Shown piece after piece: positions 1 through 8,271 of a DNA stretch of 40,286 nt. Source of the DNA: a virus (taxonomy: Duplodnaviria > Heunggongvirae > Uroviricota > Caudoviricetes); the IMG/VR virus record IMGVR_UViG_2541047822_000001, positions 1 through 40,286 of that record; one strand, 5' to 3'. Made by a program: the position numbers and the translations under genes. Position 1 is the stretch's first letter; each line of letters opens with the position of its first letter. A model generated the notes under the pieces. It saw nothing but the letters and a program-made list of their open reading frames with translations, was not told the origin of the DNA and ran no database searches.

Positions 1-1254
1 ATGCTGGAACAAATGGGCATTGCCGCGAAGCAAGCCTCGTATAAATTAGCGCAACTCTCCAGCCGCGAAAAAAATCGTGTGCTGGAAAAAATCGCCGATG
101 AACTGGAAGCACAAAGCGAAAGTATCCTCAACGCTAACGCGCAGGATGTTGCAGACGCGCGTGCCAATGGCCTTAGCGAAGCGATGCTTGACCGTCTGGC
201 ACTGACGCCCGCACGGCTGAAAGGCATTGCCGACGATGTGCGCCAGGTGTGCAATCTCGCCGATCCGGTGGGGCAGGTAATCGATGGCGGCGTACTGGAC
301 AGCGGCCTGCGTCTGGAGCGCCGTCGCGTGCCGCTGGGGGTGATTGGCGTGATTTATGAAGCGCGCCCGAACGTGACGGTTGATGTTGCTTCCCTGTGCC
401 TGAAAACCGGTAACGCGGTGATCCTGCGCGGCGGCAAAGAAACCTGTCGCACTAACGCTGCAACGGTAGCGGTGATTCAGGACGCCCTGAAATCCTGCAG
501 CTTACCGGCGGGTGCCGTGCAGGCGATTGATAATCCTGACCGCGCGCTGGTCAGTGAAATGCTGCGTATGGATAAATACATCGACATGCTGATCCCGCGC
601 GGTGGCGCTGGCCTGCATAAACTGTGCCGCGAACAGTCGACGATCCCGGTGATCACAGGTGGTATAGGCGTATGCCATATTTACGTTGATGAAAGTGCAG
701 AGATCGCTGAAGCCCTGAAAGTGATCGTCAACGCGAAAACTCAGCGACCGAGCACATGTAATACGGTTGAAACGTTGCTGGTGAATAAAAACATCGCCGA
801 TAGTTTCCTGCCCGCATTAAGCAAACAAATGGCGGAAAGTGGCGTGACGTTACACGCTGATGCAGGTGCACTGGCGCAGTTGCAGACAGGCCCCGCGAAG
901 GTGGTGGCGGTTAAAGCCGAAGAGTATGACGATGAGTTTCTGTCATTAGATTTGAACGTCAAAATCGTTAGCGATCTTGACGATGCCATCGCCCATATTC
1001 GTGAACACGGCACGCAACACTCCGATGCGATCCTGACCCGCGATATGCGCAACGCCCAGCGTTTTGTTAACGAAGTGGATTCCTCCGCTGTTTACGTTAA
1101 CGCCTCTACGCGTTTTACCGACGGCGGCCAGTTTGGACTGGGGGCGGAAGTTGCGGTAAGCACACAAAAACTCCACGCGCGCGGCCCAATGGGGCTGGAA
1201 GCACTGACCACTTATAAGTGGATCGGCATTGGTGATTACACCATTCGTGCGTAA
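1..1254 (+). CDS. proA: gamma-glutamyl phosphate reductase, complete 417 aa
   Basis: Full-length ORF from ATG at position 1 to TAA at 1252..1254; translation matches the E. coli ProA sequence as I remember it ([37 protein letters not shown]...). Host backbone gene. Confidence 0.95.
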   Translation: MLEQMGIAAKQASYKLAQLSSREKNRVLEKIADELEAQSESILNANAQDVADARANGLSEAMLDRLALTPARLKGIADDVRQVCNLADPVGQVIDGGVLDSGLRLERRRVPLGVIGVIYEARPNVTVDVASLCLKTGNAVILRGGKETCRTNAATVAVIQDALKSCSLPAGAVQAIDNPDRALVSEMLRMDKYIDMLIPRGGAGLHKLCREQSTIPVITGGIGVCHIYVDESAEIAEALKVIVNAKTQRPSTCNTVETLLVNKNIADSFLPALSKQMAESGVTLHADAGALAQLQTGPAKVVAVKAEEYDDEFLSLDLNVKIVSDLDDAIAHIREHGTQHSDAILTRDMRNAQRFVNEVDSSAVYVNASTRFTDGGQFGLGAEVAVSTQKLHARGPMGLEALTTYKWIGIGDYTIRA

Positions 1255-1259
1255 ATAAA

Positions 1260-1322
1260 ACCGGGTGATGCAAAAGTAGCCATTTGATTCACAAGGCCAT
1301 TGACGCATCGCCCGGTTAGTTT
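1260..1322 (+). terminator. hairpin plus T-rich tail downstream of proA
   Basis: Inverted repeat ACCGGGTGATGC (1260..1271) / GCATCGCCCGGT (1305..1316), one G-U wobble, followed by AGTTTTAAC. The long loop makes this a weak call. Confidence 0.35.
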
Positions 1323-1368
1323 TAACCTTGTCCACCGTGATTCACGTTCGTGAACATGTCCTTTCAGG

Positions 1369-1444
1369 GCCGATATAGCTCAGTTGGTAGAGCAGCGCAT
1401 TCGTAATGCGAAGGTCGTAGGTTCGACTCCTATTATCGGCACCA
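1369..1444 (+). tRNA. thrW: tRNA-Thr, anticodon CGT
   Basis: 76 nt GCCGATATAGCTCAG...GGTTCGACTCCTATTATCGGCACCA; acceptor stem GCCGATA/TATCGGC, anticodon loop TTCGTAA, T-loop GGTTCGACTCC, 3' CCA encoded. Sits directly downstream of proA as thrW does in E. coli. Confidence 0.9.
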
Positions 1445-1458
1445 TTTAAATCAATAAG

Positions 1459-2622
1459 TTACACATCATTAGTACCTTCCTTATTTTTTGACTGGGACAA
1501 ATTTGGGACCGATGGGTTCAGGATCGAGTCTATTTGCCGTGCGTGTTCGGTAAGGTGATTAGGTGCAAGGTGAGCATATCGACGAACCATTTCGATAGAC
1601 TCCCAGCCTCCCATTTCCTGTAACACTGACAACGGGACTCCGGCTTGAACCAGCCAACTTGCCCAGGTGTGTCTCAAGTCGTGAAATCTGAAATCATCAA
1701 TACCAGCCCGTCTCAGCGCCGCTTTCCAGGCTGTGTTTGCGTCATACCGCATCTTCCTTACTGTTGGCGCTTTCGTTCCGTCTGGTTTGGTACAGCTTTC
1801 CTTGTACACAAATACCCAACGGTGATGATTCCCGATTTGTTTTTTCAAAACGCGACATGCAGTATCATTCAGCGCAACGCCGATTGCGCGGTTTGATTTA
1901 CTCTCTTCCGGGTTTATCCATGCCACCCGGCGCTGCATATCTATTTGTTGCCATTCAAGGTTGATGATGTTCGAGCGTCTTAAGCCTGTTGCCAGTGCAA
2001 ATTCAACAACAGACTTTAATGGCTCCGGACATTCATCAATCAGCCTTTGTGCTTCATGGGGCTCCAGCCAGCGGATCCGTTTATTCTTTGGTTGAGGCAC
2101 TTTAATAATTGGTGCCTTATCCAGCATTTTCCATTCACGCTCTGCGGCTCTTAGTAGGGCCTTTATAAATGAAAGATGCGTAGCCTTCGTTGCAACGGAC
2201 GCTGGTTTTGGCGTGTATTCTGGAACAGGTTTCCCTTTTTTTCTGCATGCTTCTGCCCTGAGTTTCCAGTTTTCCTCATGACGCCGGTTCGTCATTTTCT
2301 GCATTGCTGAATAAATTTTTGATTCAGTAATGTCTCTTAGTTGCATTCCTGCGAAATGTTGAAGCCAGAATCCGATCCGGCTTTTGTCATCGTCCAGTGA
2401 TTTTTTATGTGCTTTCTCTTCAAGCCACCTGACACACGCTTCCTCGAACGTTATATCAGGTATTTCACCAAGTTTGCTGACCCGCCATGCTTCAGCCTTT
2501 AGCTTGTCATGGAGTTCTGTCGCCTGCCTTTTGTCCTTTGTTCCAAGAGACTGTTTAAATCTTTTACCGTTCGGCAATGTGAAACTGGCGTACCATATTT
2601 CACCTCTGCGGAAGAGTGACAT
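1459..2622 (-). CDS. int: phage tyrosine integrase
   Basis: 387 aa; N-terminus [14 protein letters not shown]..., C-terminal catalytic region [39 protein letters not shown] (R..H..R..Y signature). Stop lies 14 bp from the tRNA 3' end, the usual int-next-to-att arrangement. Confidence 0.9.
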   Translation of the reverse strand: MSLFRRGEIWYASFTLPNGKRFKQSLGTKDKRQATELHDKLKAEAWRVSKLGEIPDITFEEACVRWLEEKAHKKSLDDDKSRIGFWLQHFAGMQLRDITESKIYSAMQKMTNRRHEENWKLRAEACRKKGKPVPEYTPKPASVATKATHLSFIKALLRAAEREWKMLDKAPIIKVPQPKNKRIRWLEPHEAQRLIDECPEPLKSVVEFALATGLRRSNIINLEWQQIDMQRRVAWINPEESKSNRAIGVALNDTACRVLKKQIGNHHRWVFVYKESCTKPDGTKAPTVRKMRYDANTAWKAALRRAGIDDFRFHDLRHTWASWLVQAGVPLSVLQEMGGWESIEMVRRYAHLAPNHLTEHARQIDSILNPSVPNLSQSKNKEGTNDV

Positions 2623-2849
2623 TTTCTTTCCTCTGTTATGCCATCACCCGCGCTCACCTGGACAGTATGCAGCGGAGACTGAAGAGCCGCAATGCAGGCT
2701 TGTCGTGTTGTGAGGTAAGGAGATTTATTCTTAGTGGGATCTTTGCGTGTTGCCTGAAGACGCCCTGTGCGTATCCAGTTAATGGCAGTCGGTCTGGATA
2801 TCTTGAGAAAATGACAGGCCTCATCGAGTGTGAGGCTGTATGGCTCCAT
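2499..2849 (-). CDS. xis: excisionase (P22/Sf6-type Xis, ~116 aa)
   Basis: Internal ATG at 2849 of track ORF 2499..2933 gives [37 protein letters not shown]..., a winged-helix excisionase-like N-terminus; overlaps int start as in P22-like phages. Start shares a TAATG overlap with the upstream gene. Confidence 0.7.
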   Translation of the reverse strand: MEPYSLTLDEACHFLKISRPTAINWIRTGRLQATRKDPTKNKSPYLTTRQACIAALQSPLHTVQVSAGDGITEERKCHSSAEVKYGTPVSHCRTVKDLNSLLEQRTKGRRQNSMTS

Positions 2850-3154
2850 TATTTCACCTCTTGCTGTGACATTGTTGAAAAATGGATACCTGCTCGTTGC
2901 TGCCAGACGATCCAACCGAGAGTCATATCCCATGCCATGTATTCGTTATCGCCGTTTTTTGCTCTCCGACGATCTACTAAGTCACCGAAACGCTTTTCCA
3001 TGAATAATTCATAAGCTTCGCGTTCATCTGGTTCTACTTCCAGAGATAGGAGTGCGATTTCATAAGCACGGCGCTCAATATCGTCTCGCACGTCAAGGCT
3101 GCTGATACGCTCTTTAATTTCTTTAATCAGTTCTTTGTCGGTAAAAGTGGTCAT
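2849..3154 (-). CDS. hypothetical early protein
   Basis: 101-aa ORF translationally coupled on both sides (ATGA/TAATG overlaps) inside the leftward early operon. Confidence 0.55.
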   Translation of the reverse strand: MTTFTDKELIKEIKERISSLDVRDDIERRAYEIALLSLEVEPDEREAYELFMEKRFGDLVDRRRAKNGDNEYMAWDMTLGWIVWQQRAGIHFSTMSQQEVK

Positions 3155-3516
3155 TATGCTCCAGCCTCCGGTGCTTTTGGCATTACTGCCCAGTGAGTGA
3201 TATTGACGTTTTCAAGGTCCCCGACCTGAAATGTCCACTGCCATTCTCCGGTTTCTTTTTGTCCCCAGGTGTACCAGAGAGAACGCCAGCCAATTAGCCA
3301 GCCTTCTCCGTTAGCATCGAATAACAAAACACTTTCATTTGCTGGTGGCAGTTCAGTTGACACTGGTATTACTTTGTTTTCCTGTGCTGCACATTTAGCT
3401 TCAAGCGCATCGAATTTACGCACCAGGTATTCAGCATCTGTTTCATTCACTTTCAGATCTCGCGGTACACATCTCCCACGAAGAAACCCTTCCATTTCGA
3501 AAACATTCATGCGCAT
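3154..3516 (-). CDS. DUF551-like phage protein
   Basis: 120 aa; C-terminal W-rich region ...GEGWLIGWRSLWYTWGQKETGEWQWTFQVGDLENVNITHWAVMPKAPE resembles DUF551 (ends in THW.P.P). GGAG sits 9 nt before the ATG. Confidence 0.6.
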   Translation of the reverse strand: MRMNVFEMEGFLRGRCVPRDLKVNETDAEYLVRKFDALEAKCAAQENKVIPVSTELPPANESVLLFDANGEGWLIGWRSLWYTWGQKETGEWQWTFQVGDLENVNITHWAVMPKAPEAGA

Positions 3517-4043
3517 TTGCGTAACTCCGATAACTCGTTAAAACGTTCCATAAACATCCCGTAGGCATGGCCCGGTGCCTGTGGAATCACTTTGAACATC
3601 TCTGTTGCCGGGATACCTTCCAGTACAGGCCAGAAAGAGCCATCATCAAGCCCGAGATCGCGGCGTTCGGTTGCCAGCATAATGAGATCGGCATATTTCA
3701 CTGGCGTGCTCATAATAGGAGGTAACCCGTATTTCTCACGGATTACGGCGTCTATTTTTTCTTCCATCCGTTTATAGTCAGGAAGAAGTCGTTTCAGTGG
3801 TGCGGGGATGTCCTGGCAATATGCTTCTGTTGCATCATGCATTAAAGCTTCAAAAGCAAATTCCTGTGGCACCAGCTGGCTGCAAAGCACCGCATGTTGG
3901 GCGACACTGTAGAAGTGTGAAAGATGTCCTGCAAAGCGACAGATATTTGAAAGGGAAACCGCGATATCGTTAATAACGATGTCGTCTTTATTTATCCTGT
4001 CATAATAAAAATGCTTCCCGGAAAAAGTTTTAATAAATGACAT
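3507..4043 (-). CDS. HD-domain phosphohydrolase
   Basis: H...HD metal-binding motifs (FAGHLSHFYSVAQHAVL, LMHDATEAY). Track ORF starts at a GTG at 4070, but the ATG at 4043 has a GGAGA Shine-Dalgarno 7 nt upstream, so I take 4043. Confidence 0.8.
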   Translation of the reverse strand: MSFIKTFSGKHFYYDRINKDDIVINDIAVSLSNICRFAGHLSHFYSVAQHAVLCSQLVPQEFAFEALMHDATEAYCQDIPAPLKRLLPDYKRMEEKIDAVIREKYGLPPIMSTPVKYADLIMLATERRDLGLDDGSFWPVLEGIPATEMFKVIPQAPGHAYGMFMERFNELSELRKCA

Positions 4044-4140
4044 TTTGTTCTCCACGTATATGCGCTGCACCGCGCTGAATTCGGGTAAAAGGAAGCCCTC
4101 ACCGTCCGGCGATTATTGAGTCAATTACATTTCCATAAAT

Positions 4141-4372
4141 GCCCCCGTAGGGGCGGTTAGTTTCTCCACAAAACAGAGAAGAACACCTGCGGTGGCAGCC
4201 GCCCGGATGGATTGGGTTATGAGCCCGTCGTCCGGTGATGCTCTTCTCTGTTTTGTAAAAAGGACGGTACCAGCCGGAAGCAAAGGTACAAGCTGGTACC
4301 GCCAAGACTACACACAGCATAAAGTTGTGGTGCCGGGTGCCTCCCGGTGCCTGGCGAAGGTTGCACACCAGG
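4141..4372. other. GC-rich structured non-coding block (candidate RNA element)
   Basis: No protein-like ORF across 4071..4556. Perfect 15-bp inverted repeat ACAAAACAGAGAAGA (4168..4182) / TCTTCTCTGTTTTGT (4242..4256); hairpins GCCCC-CGTA-GGGGC (4141..4154), GGTACCAGC...GCTGGTACC (4266..4300), CCTGG...CCAGG (4350..4372). Strand and function unknown. Confidence 0.3.
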
Positions 4373-4556
4373 CGGGTGGGTATCCACAGAAGGTCGACTG
4401 TCAGCCTCAACCTTAACCCGCGTGCGCTGAGCCGCATTCACCACAACGCTAAGGATTCTCTCTGGTTGAAAATACTTAGCTGTTATGTGCCTGTCTTTTC
4501 ACCACTTCAGGCTCGGTGGTATCCTTTTAAGCCCGTATACATAAAAGGAAAATCAA

Positions 4557-4802
4557 ATGACTTTTGATGAAAAAGAACTTGATAATGCAATTAATAAAAT
4601 CATCGTAACGTCGCTCTTTTCCTGTCTCAGCGACACTCAGCAAAAACAGTTCTACGAATCGGCTTTCAACATGATCGAGCGTTGTTGTTTCTGCGATGCC
4701 GACGAGTTACCTGAAAAAATCAGGAAACAGTTGGCTGATGCTCTTCGAGTGCGACTTTCTGACCAATTTTCTGAAATGTACTCTTCGAATTTGGACAAAT
4801 AG
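4557..4802 (+). CDS. hypothetical small protein (81 aa)
   Basis: AAGGA Shine-Dalgarno 8 nt before ATG; helical-looking sequence. The 3' end overlaps convergent ORF 4720..4995 by 83 nt, so one of the two may be spurious. Confidence 0.4.
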   Translation: MTFDEKELDNAINKIIVTSLFSCLSDTQQKQFYESAFNMIERCCFCDADELPEKIRKQLADALRVRLSDQFSEMYSSNLDK

Positions 4803-4995
4803 AAAAAGGCCATTTCCATTCAGGGTCTGATGGAAAGACTTCAGCCTGTTCTAAAGCACGGCGTAAAGAGAACACAACTCCAGCCATAATCTGATGTTTC
4901 CCATTGGTCCAGCTATCGCCGCTCTGATCTACAGGAGCGGCTATGTCGTATGACCAAACGACTTCACCACTATTGTTTAAAATCTGGACTTTCAT
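4720..4995 (-). CDS. hypothetical small protein (91 aa)
   Basis: GGAGG 10 nt upstream of ATG at 4995; follows the upstream gene on the same strand after a 9-nt gap. The C-terminal third overlaps 4557..4802. Confidence 0.45.
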   Translation of the reverse strand: MKVQILNNSGEVVWSYDIAAPVDQSGDSWTNGKHQIMAGVVFSLRRALEQAEVFPSDPEWKWPFSICPNSKSTFQKIGQKVALEEHQPTVS

Positions 4996-5003
4996 TTTGT
5001 TCT

Positions 5004-5207
5004 TTAACCTCCAGATTTCCGCGCATCTAAAGGCGCATTCTCATTTGGTGTGAACTGAATAGTTGTGCTGATATTGATTAATGCCCCGACACACAAGACT
5101 ACGCACTCAGAGCAGATAGCAACTTCATCTTTTCCGCCTTTGGCGATGATTTTTTTTGCCTGCAGCTCGTTTGCGCCACAAAACGAGCATGTGAAATAAC
5201 GGTTCAT
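5004..5207 (-). CDS. small protein with ClpX-type C4 zinc finger (~67 aa)
   Basis: MNRYFTCSFCGANELQAKKIIAKGGKDEVAICSECVVLCVGALI matches the N-terminal zinc-binding domain of ClpX (CSFCGK...KLIAG...ICDECVDLC). Second in-frame ATG at 5207 has an AAGAGAG Shine-Dalgarno. Confidence 0.6.
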   Translation of the reverse strand: MNRYFTCSFCGANELQAKKIIAKGGKDEVAICSECVVLCVGALINISTTIQFTPNENAPLDARKSGG

Positions 5208-5303
5208 TTGCGCTCTCTTACACATAGTATTTAACGAATCATCCGGTCATTCATACGCCACCGGCGGCTACTTCGTGGGCGTCCTGCCTGTTCGTTGTTT
5301 TAA

Positions 5304-5357
5304 CACCTTTAAGTTGTAATTTAGTTGTGGTTTTGAATGTTGTCAACAACTTTATGT
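5304..5357. promoter_or_regulatory. OL-like operator cluster
   Basis: CACCTTTAAGTTGTAAT (5304..5320) and ACAACTTTATGT (5346..5357) recur in the cI/cro intergenic region (CACCTAAAAGTTGTGAT at 7024..7040; ACAACTTTATGT at 6999..7010). Half-sites AAGTTGT/ACAACTT are reverse complements. Confidence 0.5.
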
Positions 5358-5409
5358 GGTTTGAACGAGTAGCCAAGGAGTGCAAGGATTATCAAAAAAA
5401 GGAGGTTGT

Positions 5410-6300
5410 ATGGAAGACGCGCTTTACGCTTTTAATTACACACAGAACCGGGACAAGTTATTTGCTAACTTGATTAGCATCATTGATGGAATTATTGCAG
5501 ATGGAGTTGTCCGTGAAGAGGAGGTTCTTTACTTAGATACATGGTTACTTGAAGCAAAGCAGATTATCAATAATGGAGTTATAAAAAGTCTATCAGCACG
5601 GGTGTCGGATATTCTTGCAGATGGAATAATCACATCAGAAGAACGTGATGACCTTAAAAATAGCCTTCTCCAAATACAGAGGGAAATTCTTGATATCCCT
5701 GAAATTGATTTTTACTCCAAGGATGTAGATGTCCATTTACTTAATGGACTATGTAAAGGATTAATTGCTGATCGGAACTTAACTCAAGAAGAAATAAGAT
5801 ATCTTAATTGGTGGCTTGAGCAAAATGGAGCTTTGAAGAACAACTACCCAGGAAAAAAACTTTATGCACTTGTAAAGGAAATTCTTAAAGATGGTGTTAT
5901 TACTGAAGATGAGAGTTTAACTCTACATAAGGCATTAGTAGACTTCACAGGATGTGACTTGGAAAGTGGAGTGGTGGATGGTTTGGCGACCAGGCTGCCT
6001 ATTGATGTAGGGGCTTCGATAGAGTTAGAGGGTAAAACCTATTGTCTTACAGGCACTTTTGTTGCAGGAAAGAGAGCCGTAGTTGAAAATTTGATTAAAA
6101 ATGCTGGTGGGAACATCAGTAGTGGAATTACTCAAAAGTTGGATTTTTTAGTAATTGGGACGCTTTCCTCCCGTGATTGGAAATTCTCAAGTCACGGAAG
6201 GAAGATCGAAAAGGCTATATCTTATAGGGATGATAATGGTGCAAAACTTAAAATTATTTCTGAAGAAATGCTTTTCGATGCATTACCAAGTTCGCGATGA
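5410..6300 (+). CDS. accessory protein: four TerB-like repeats plus C-terminal BRCT domain (296 aa)
   Basis: ATG at 5410 with AAAGGAGG Shine-Dalgarno (track begins at an upstream GTG). Repeats IADGVVREEEVLYLDTWL / LADGIITSEERDDLKNSL / IADRNLTQEEIRYLNWWL / LKDGVITEDESLTLHKAL; C-terminus LEGKTYCLTGTFVAGKRAVVENLIKNAGGNISSGITQKLDFLVIG...AKLKIISEEMLFDAL fits the BRCT pattern of NAD-ligase C-termini. Visibly AT-rich. Confidence 0.8.
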   Translation: MEDALYAFNYTQNRDKLFANLISIIDGIIADGVVREEEVLYLDTWLLEAKQIINNGVIKSLSARVSDILADGIITSEERDDLKNSLLQIQREILDIPEIDFYSKDVDVHLLNGLCKGLIADRNLTQEEIRYLNWWLEQNGALKNNYPGKKLYALVKEILKDGVITEDESLTLHKALVDFTGCDLESGVVDGLATRLPIDVGASIELEGKTYCLTGTFVAGKRAVVENLIKNAGGNISSGITQKLDFLVIGTLSSRDWKFSSHGRKIEKAISYRDDNGAKLKIISEEMLFDALPSSR

Positions 6301-6969
6301 CCAGAATACCCTACCTATAACATGAATTCTGGCTCGTCTATCTTCAAAGGTGAGTATTTCATCTGGGTACTCATCTTTGTTGAAGCTTCTAAGAATCAAG
6401 CCACCGTCAGGTAAGTTGATAAGTATTTTAACCCTTAGCAATACACCATCTCGTACGGCATAAAGATCGCCATCACGAATAGGAACGGTTTGAGAAATAT
6501 CAACGGCAACAAGATCTCCATTATTGAGAACCGGTAATAAACTGTTCCCCCATATTTTTACGATCTTGGCATTAGATGCACATACGCCAGATTTTCTCAA
6601 ATCTGCTCTTCTTAATGGAAACCAGTCAATAGCTGATTCAACTATTTCAGCCAGACATCCGTTACCTGCCGATAACTCGACATCTAAAACAGGAATGTTT
6701 ACGAAAATATCGGGGTCTAATGCGGTGCTTTCTGCTTCTTTTACAACAAGATCAGGTATGGATGCGTTGTCTTCAATACCAAGTTGTAACCACTTTTGTG
6801 ATACACCTAAAACTTTTGCAATTTCTTTAATTTTGCGCGGTTGTAGAGTTTCGCCATTCTCTATTTTGGCTACAGATTGTTGTGAAAGTCCAATTTTTTC
6901 AGCTAGTTGAGCTTGGCTCATGCCAGCTTTCTCTCTACCTATCTTTAATCGTTCTGCCAGTGTTTTCAC
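6283..6969 (-). CDS. cI: CI-like repressor (HTH_XRE + S24 LexA-like peptidase)
   Basis: N-terminal HTH (LAERLKIGREKAGMSQAQLAEKIGLSQQSVAKIENGE) and C-terminal S24 autocleavage domain (...GNSLLPVLNNGDLVAVD...). GTG start at 6969 preceded by GAGGG; diverges from cro across an operator-rich gap. Confidence 0.9.
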   Translation of the reverse strand: MKTLAERLKIGREKAGMSQAQLAEKIGLSQQSVAKIENGETLQPRKIKEIAKVLGVSQKWLQLGIEDNASIPDLVVKEAESTALDPDIFVNIPVLDVELSAGNGCLAEIVESAIDWFPLRRADLRKSGVCASNAKIVKIWGNSLLPVLNNGDLVAVDISQTVPIRDGDLYAVRDGVLLRVKILINLPDGGLILRSFNKDEYPDEILTFEDRRARIHVIGRVFWSSRTW

Positions 6970-6994
6970 AACATATCCCTCTCTTTTTTGATGA

Positions 6995-7082
6995 GGTTAC
7001 AACTTTATGTTTTAGCTTTCCAACACCTAAAAGTTGTGATAAAAGTTGTTAATGTTGTATTCTTGCAACTCGTAACAACTTA
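6995..7082. promoter_or_regulatory. OR-like operator/promoter region between cI and cro
   Basis: 135-bp divergent intergenic region with several AAGTTGT/ACAACTT half-sites (6999..7010, 7024..7040, 7041..7060, 7071..7082), sharing 12–17-mers with the 5304..5357 cluster. Confidence 0.6.
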
Positions 7083-7104
7083 ACTACCTAAAAAGGAGAA
7101 AGCT

Positions 7105-7353
7105 ATGACACCTGAGCAATTAGCCTTATCGGAGGCAATCGCTCTGGCTGGTGGTCAATCAGAATTGGCTCGGAAGCTCACAGCCAGCAGCGGTCATTTA
7201 GTAAAGCAACAACATGTCTGGAACTGGTTGAACAGAGAAAAGCGTCCCCCTGCAAAGCTCTCGATATTCATTGAAAAGACCACTGGCATATCAAAAGAAA
7301 AATTACGTCCAGATATTTTTCAAAAGATTAAAGATTCATCAGATGAAAAGTAA
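7105..7353 (+). CDS. cro: Cro-like HTH regulator
   Basis: 82 aa, AAAAGGAG Shine-Dalgarno, divergent from cI; HTH-like segment GGQSELARKLTASSGHLVKQQHVWNW. Confidence 0.75.
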   Translation: MTPEQLALSEAIALAGGQSELARKLTASSGHLVKQQHVWNWLNREKRPPAKLSIFIEKTTGISKEKLRPDIFQKIKDSSDEK

Positions 7354-7375
7354 CCACAGTTTTAAGGAGATAGCC

Positions 7376-7927
7376 GTGGGTAAGCATCACTGGAAAGTAG
7401 AAAAACAGCCTAAGTGGTACGTGAAAGCTGTCAGAAAAACTATCGCGGCGTTGCCGGGTGGTTACGCTGAAGCTGCTGACTGGCTGGATGTAACAGAGAA
7501 CGCATTATTTAACCGCCTTCGTGCCGATGGCGATCAGATTTTCCCGCTGGGATGGGCAATGGTTTTACAGCGCGCAGCTGGCACTCACTACATTGCGGAT
7601 GCTGTCGCACAGTCTGCTGGTGGGGTGTTCGTATCGCTTCCTGAAATTGAGGAAGTAGAGAACGCCGATATAAACCAGCGCCTGCTGGAAGTCATCGAAC
7701 AGATCGGGAGTTACTCAAAGCAGATTCGTTCGGCAATCGAAGATGGGGTAGTGGAGCCACACGAGCAGACAGCAATTAACGACGAGCTGTATCTCTCAAT
7801 TTCGAAGCTGCAGGAGCATGCAGCACTGGTCTACAAAATCTTTTGCATTTCAGAAAGTAATGACGCCCGCGAGTGTGCAGCTCCGGGCGCCGTGGCGTGT
7901 CGTGACTGTGGAGAAACTAACGCATGA
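7376..7927 (+). CDS. CII-like / early regulatory protein
   Basis: Position after cro. I favour the GTG at 7376 (AAGGAG 6 nt upstream) over the track start 7271 or the ATG at 7343 that overlaps the cro stop. Family name is from memory of similar prophage proteins (MGKHHWK...). Confidence 0.5.
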   Translation: MGKHHWKVEKQPKWYVKAVRKTIAALPGGYAEAADWLDVTENALFNRLRADGDQIFPLGWAMVLQRAAGTHYIADAVAQSAGGVFVSLPEIEEVENADINQRLLEVIEQIGSYSKQIRSAIEDGVVEPHEQTAINDELYLSISKLQEHAALVYKIFCISESNDARECAAPGAVACRDCGETNA

Positions 7928-8262
7928 ACAGTTTAACAACACACTACCGTCGCTCGCAACTGATTGCGCTTCCTGTACCGGGTGGAAAAGCGAAGGTGGA
8001 GTATTGCTATGCAGTTAATGTACCTGGTGACAGGGAAATTGTAACCCACAGCTTTGCTGAGTGGGCTGTGGGTGATTTCAACCGGCAGAAGGAGACAGTC
8101 CTTTGCGACAAGTTAACCGCTGGTTCAAAGATCACTACGGAGTGCCCGTCAGAGTCATTCGTTGGGAGCCGGAAACACAACGAGTTATCTACCTCCGCGA
8201 AGGCTATGAGCATGAGTGCTTCAGCCCGCTCGAACAGTTTCGTCGTAAATTCAGGGAAATAG
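7924..8262 (+). CDS. hypothetical protein (possibly frameshifted, see findings)
   Basis: ATG at 7924 overlaps the upstream stop (ATGA). The first ~60 codons look protein-like; the rest is Ser/Ala-rich, while a second frame (8103..8282) reads better. Confidence 0.45.
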   Translation: MNSLTTHYRRSQLIALPVPGGKAKVEYCYAVNVPGDREIVTHSFAEWAVGDFNRQKETVLCDKLTAGSKITTECPSESFVGSRKHNELSTSAKAMSMSASARSNSFVVNSGK

Positions 8263-8271
8263 AGGTCGGTC

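Noticed and set aside
741-1335. Minus-strand ORFs overlapping proA (741..1052, 946..1335)
   Set aside because: Embedded antisense in a conserved housekeeping gene with non-protein-like composition.
4141-4372. Retron msr/msd ncRNA (long inverted repeat with structured interior)
   Set aside because: No reverse transcriptase gene adjacent on either strand; neighbouring ORFs are an HD hydrolase and small hypotheticals. Kept as an unclassified structured element.
7271-7375. Upstream extension of the CII-like gene from track start 7271
   Set aside because: That start lies inside cro in another frame and has no Shine-Dalgarno; the GTG at 7376 has AAGGAG at ideal spacing.
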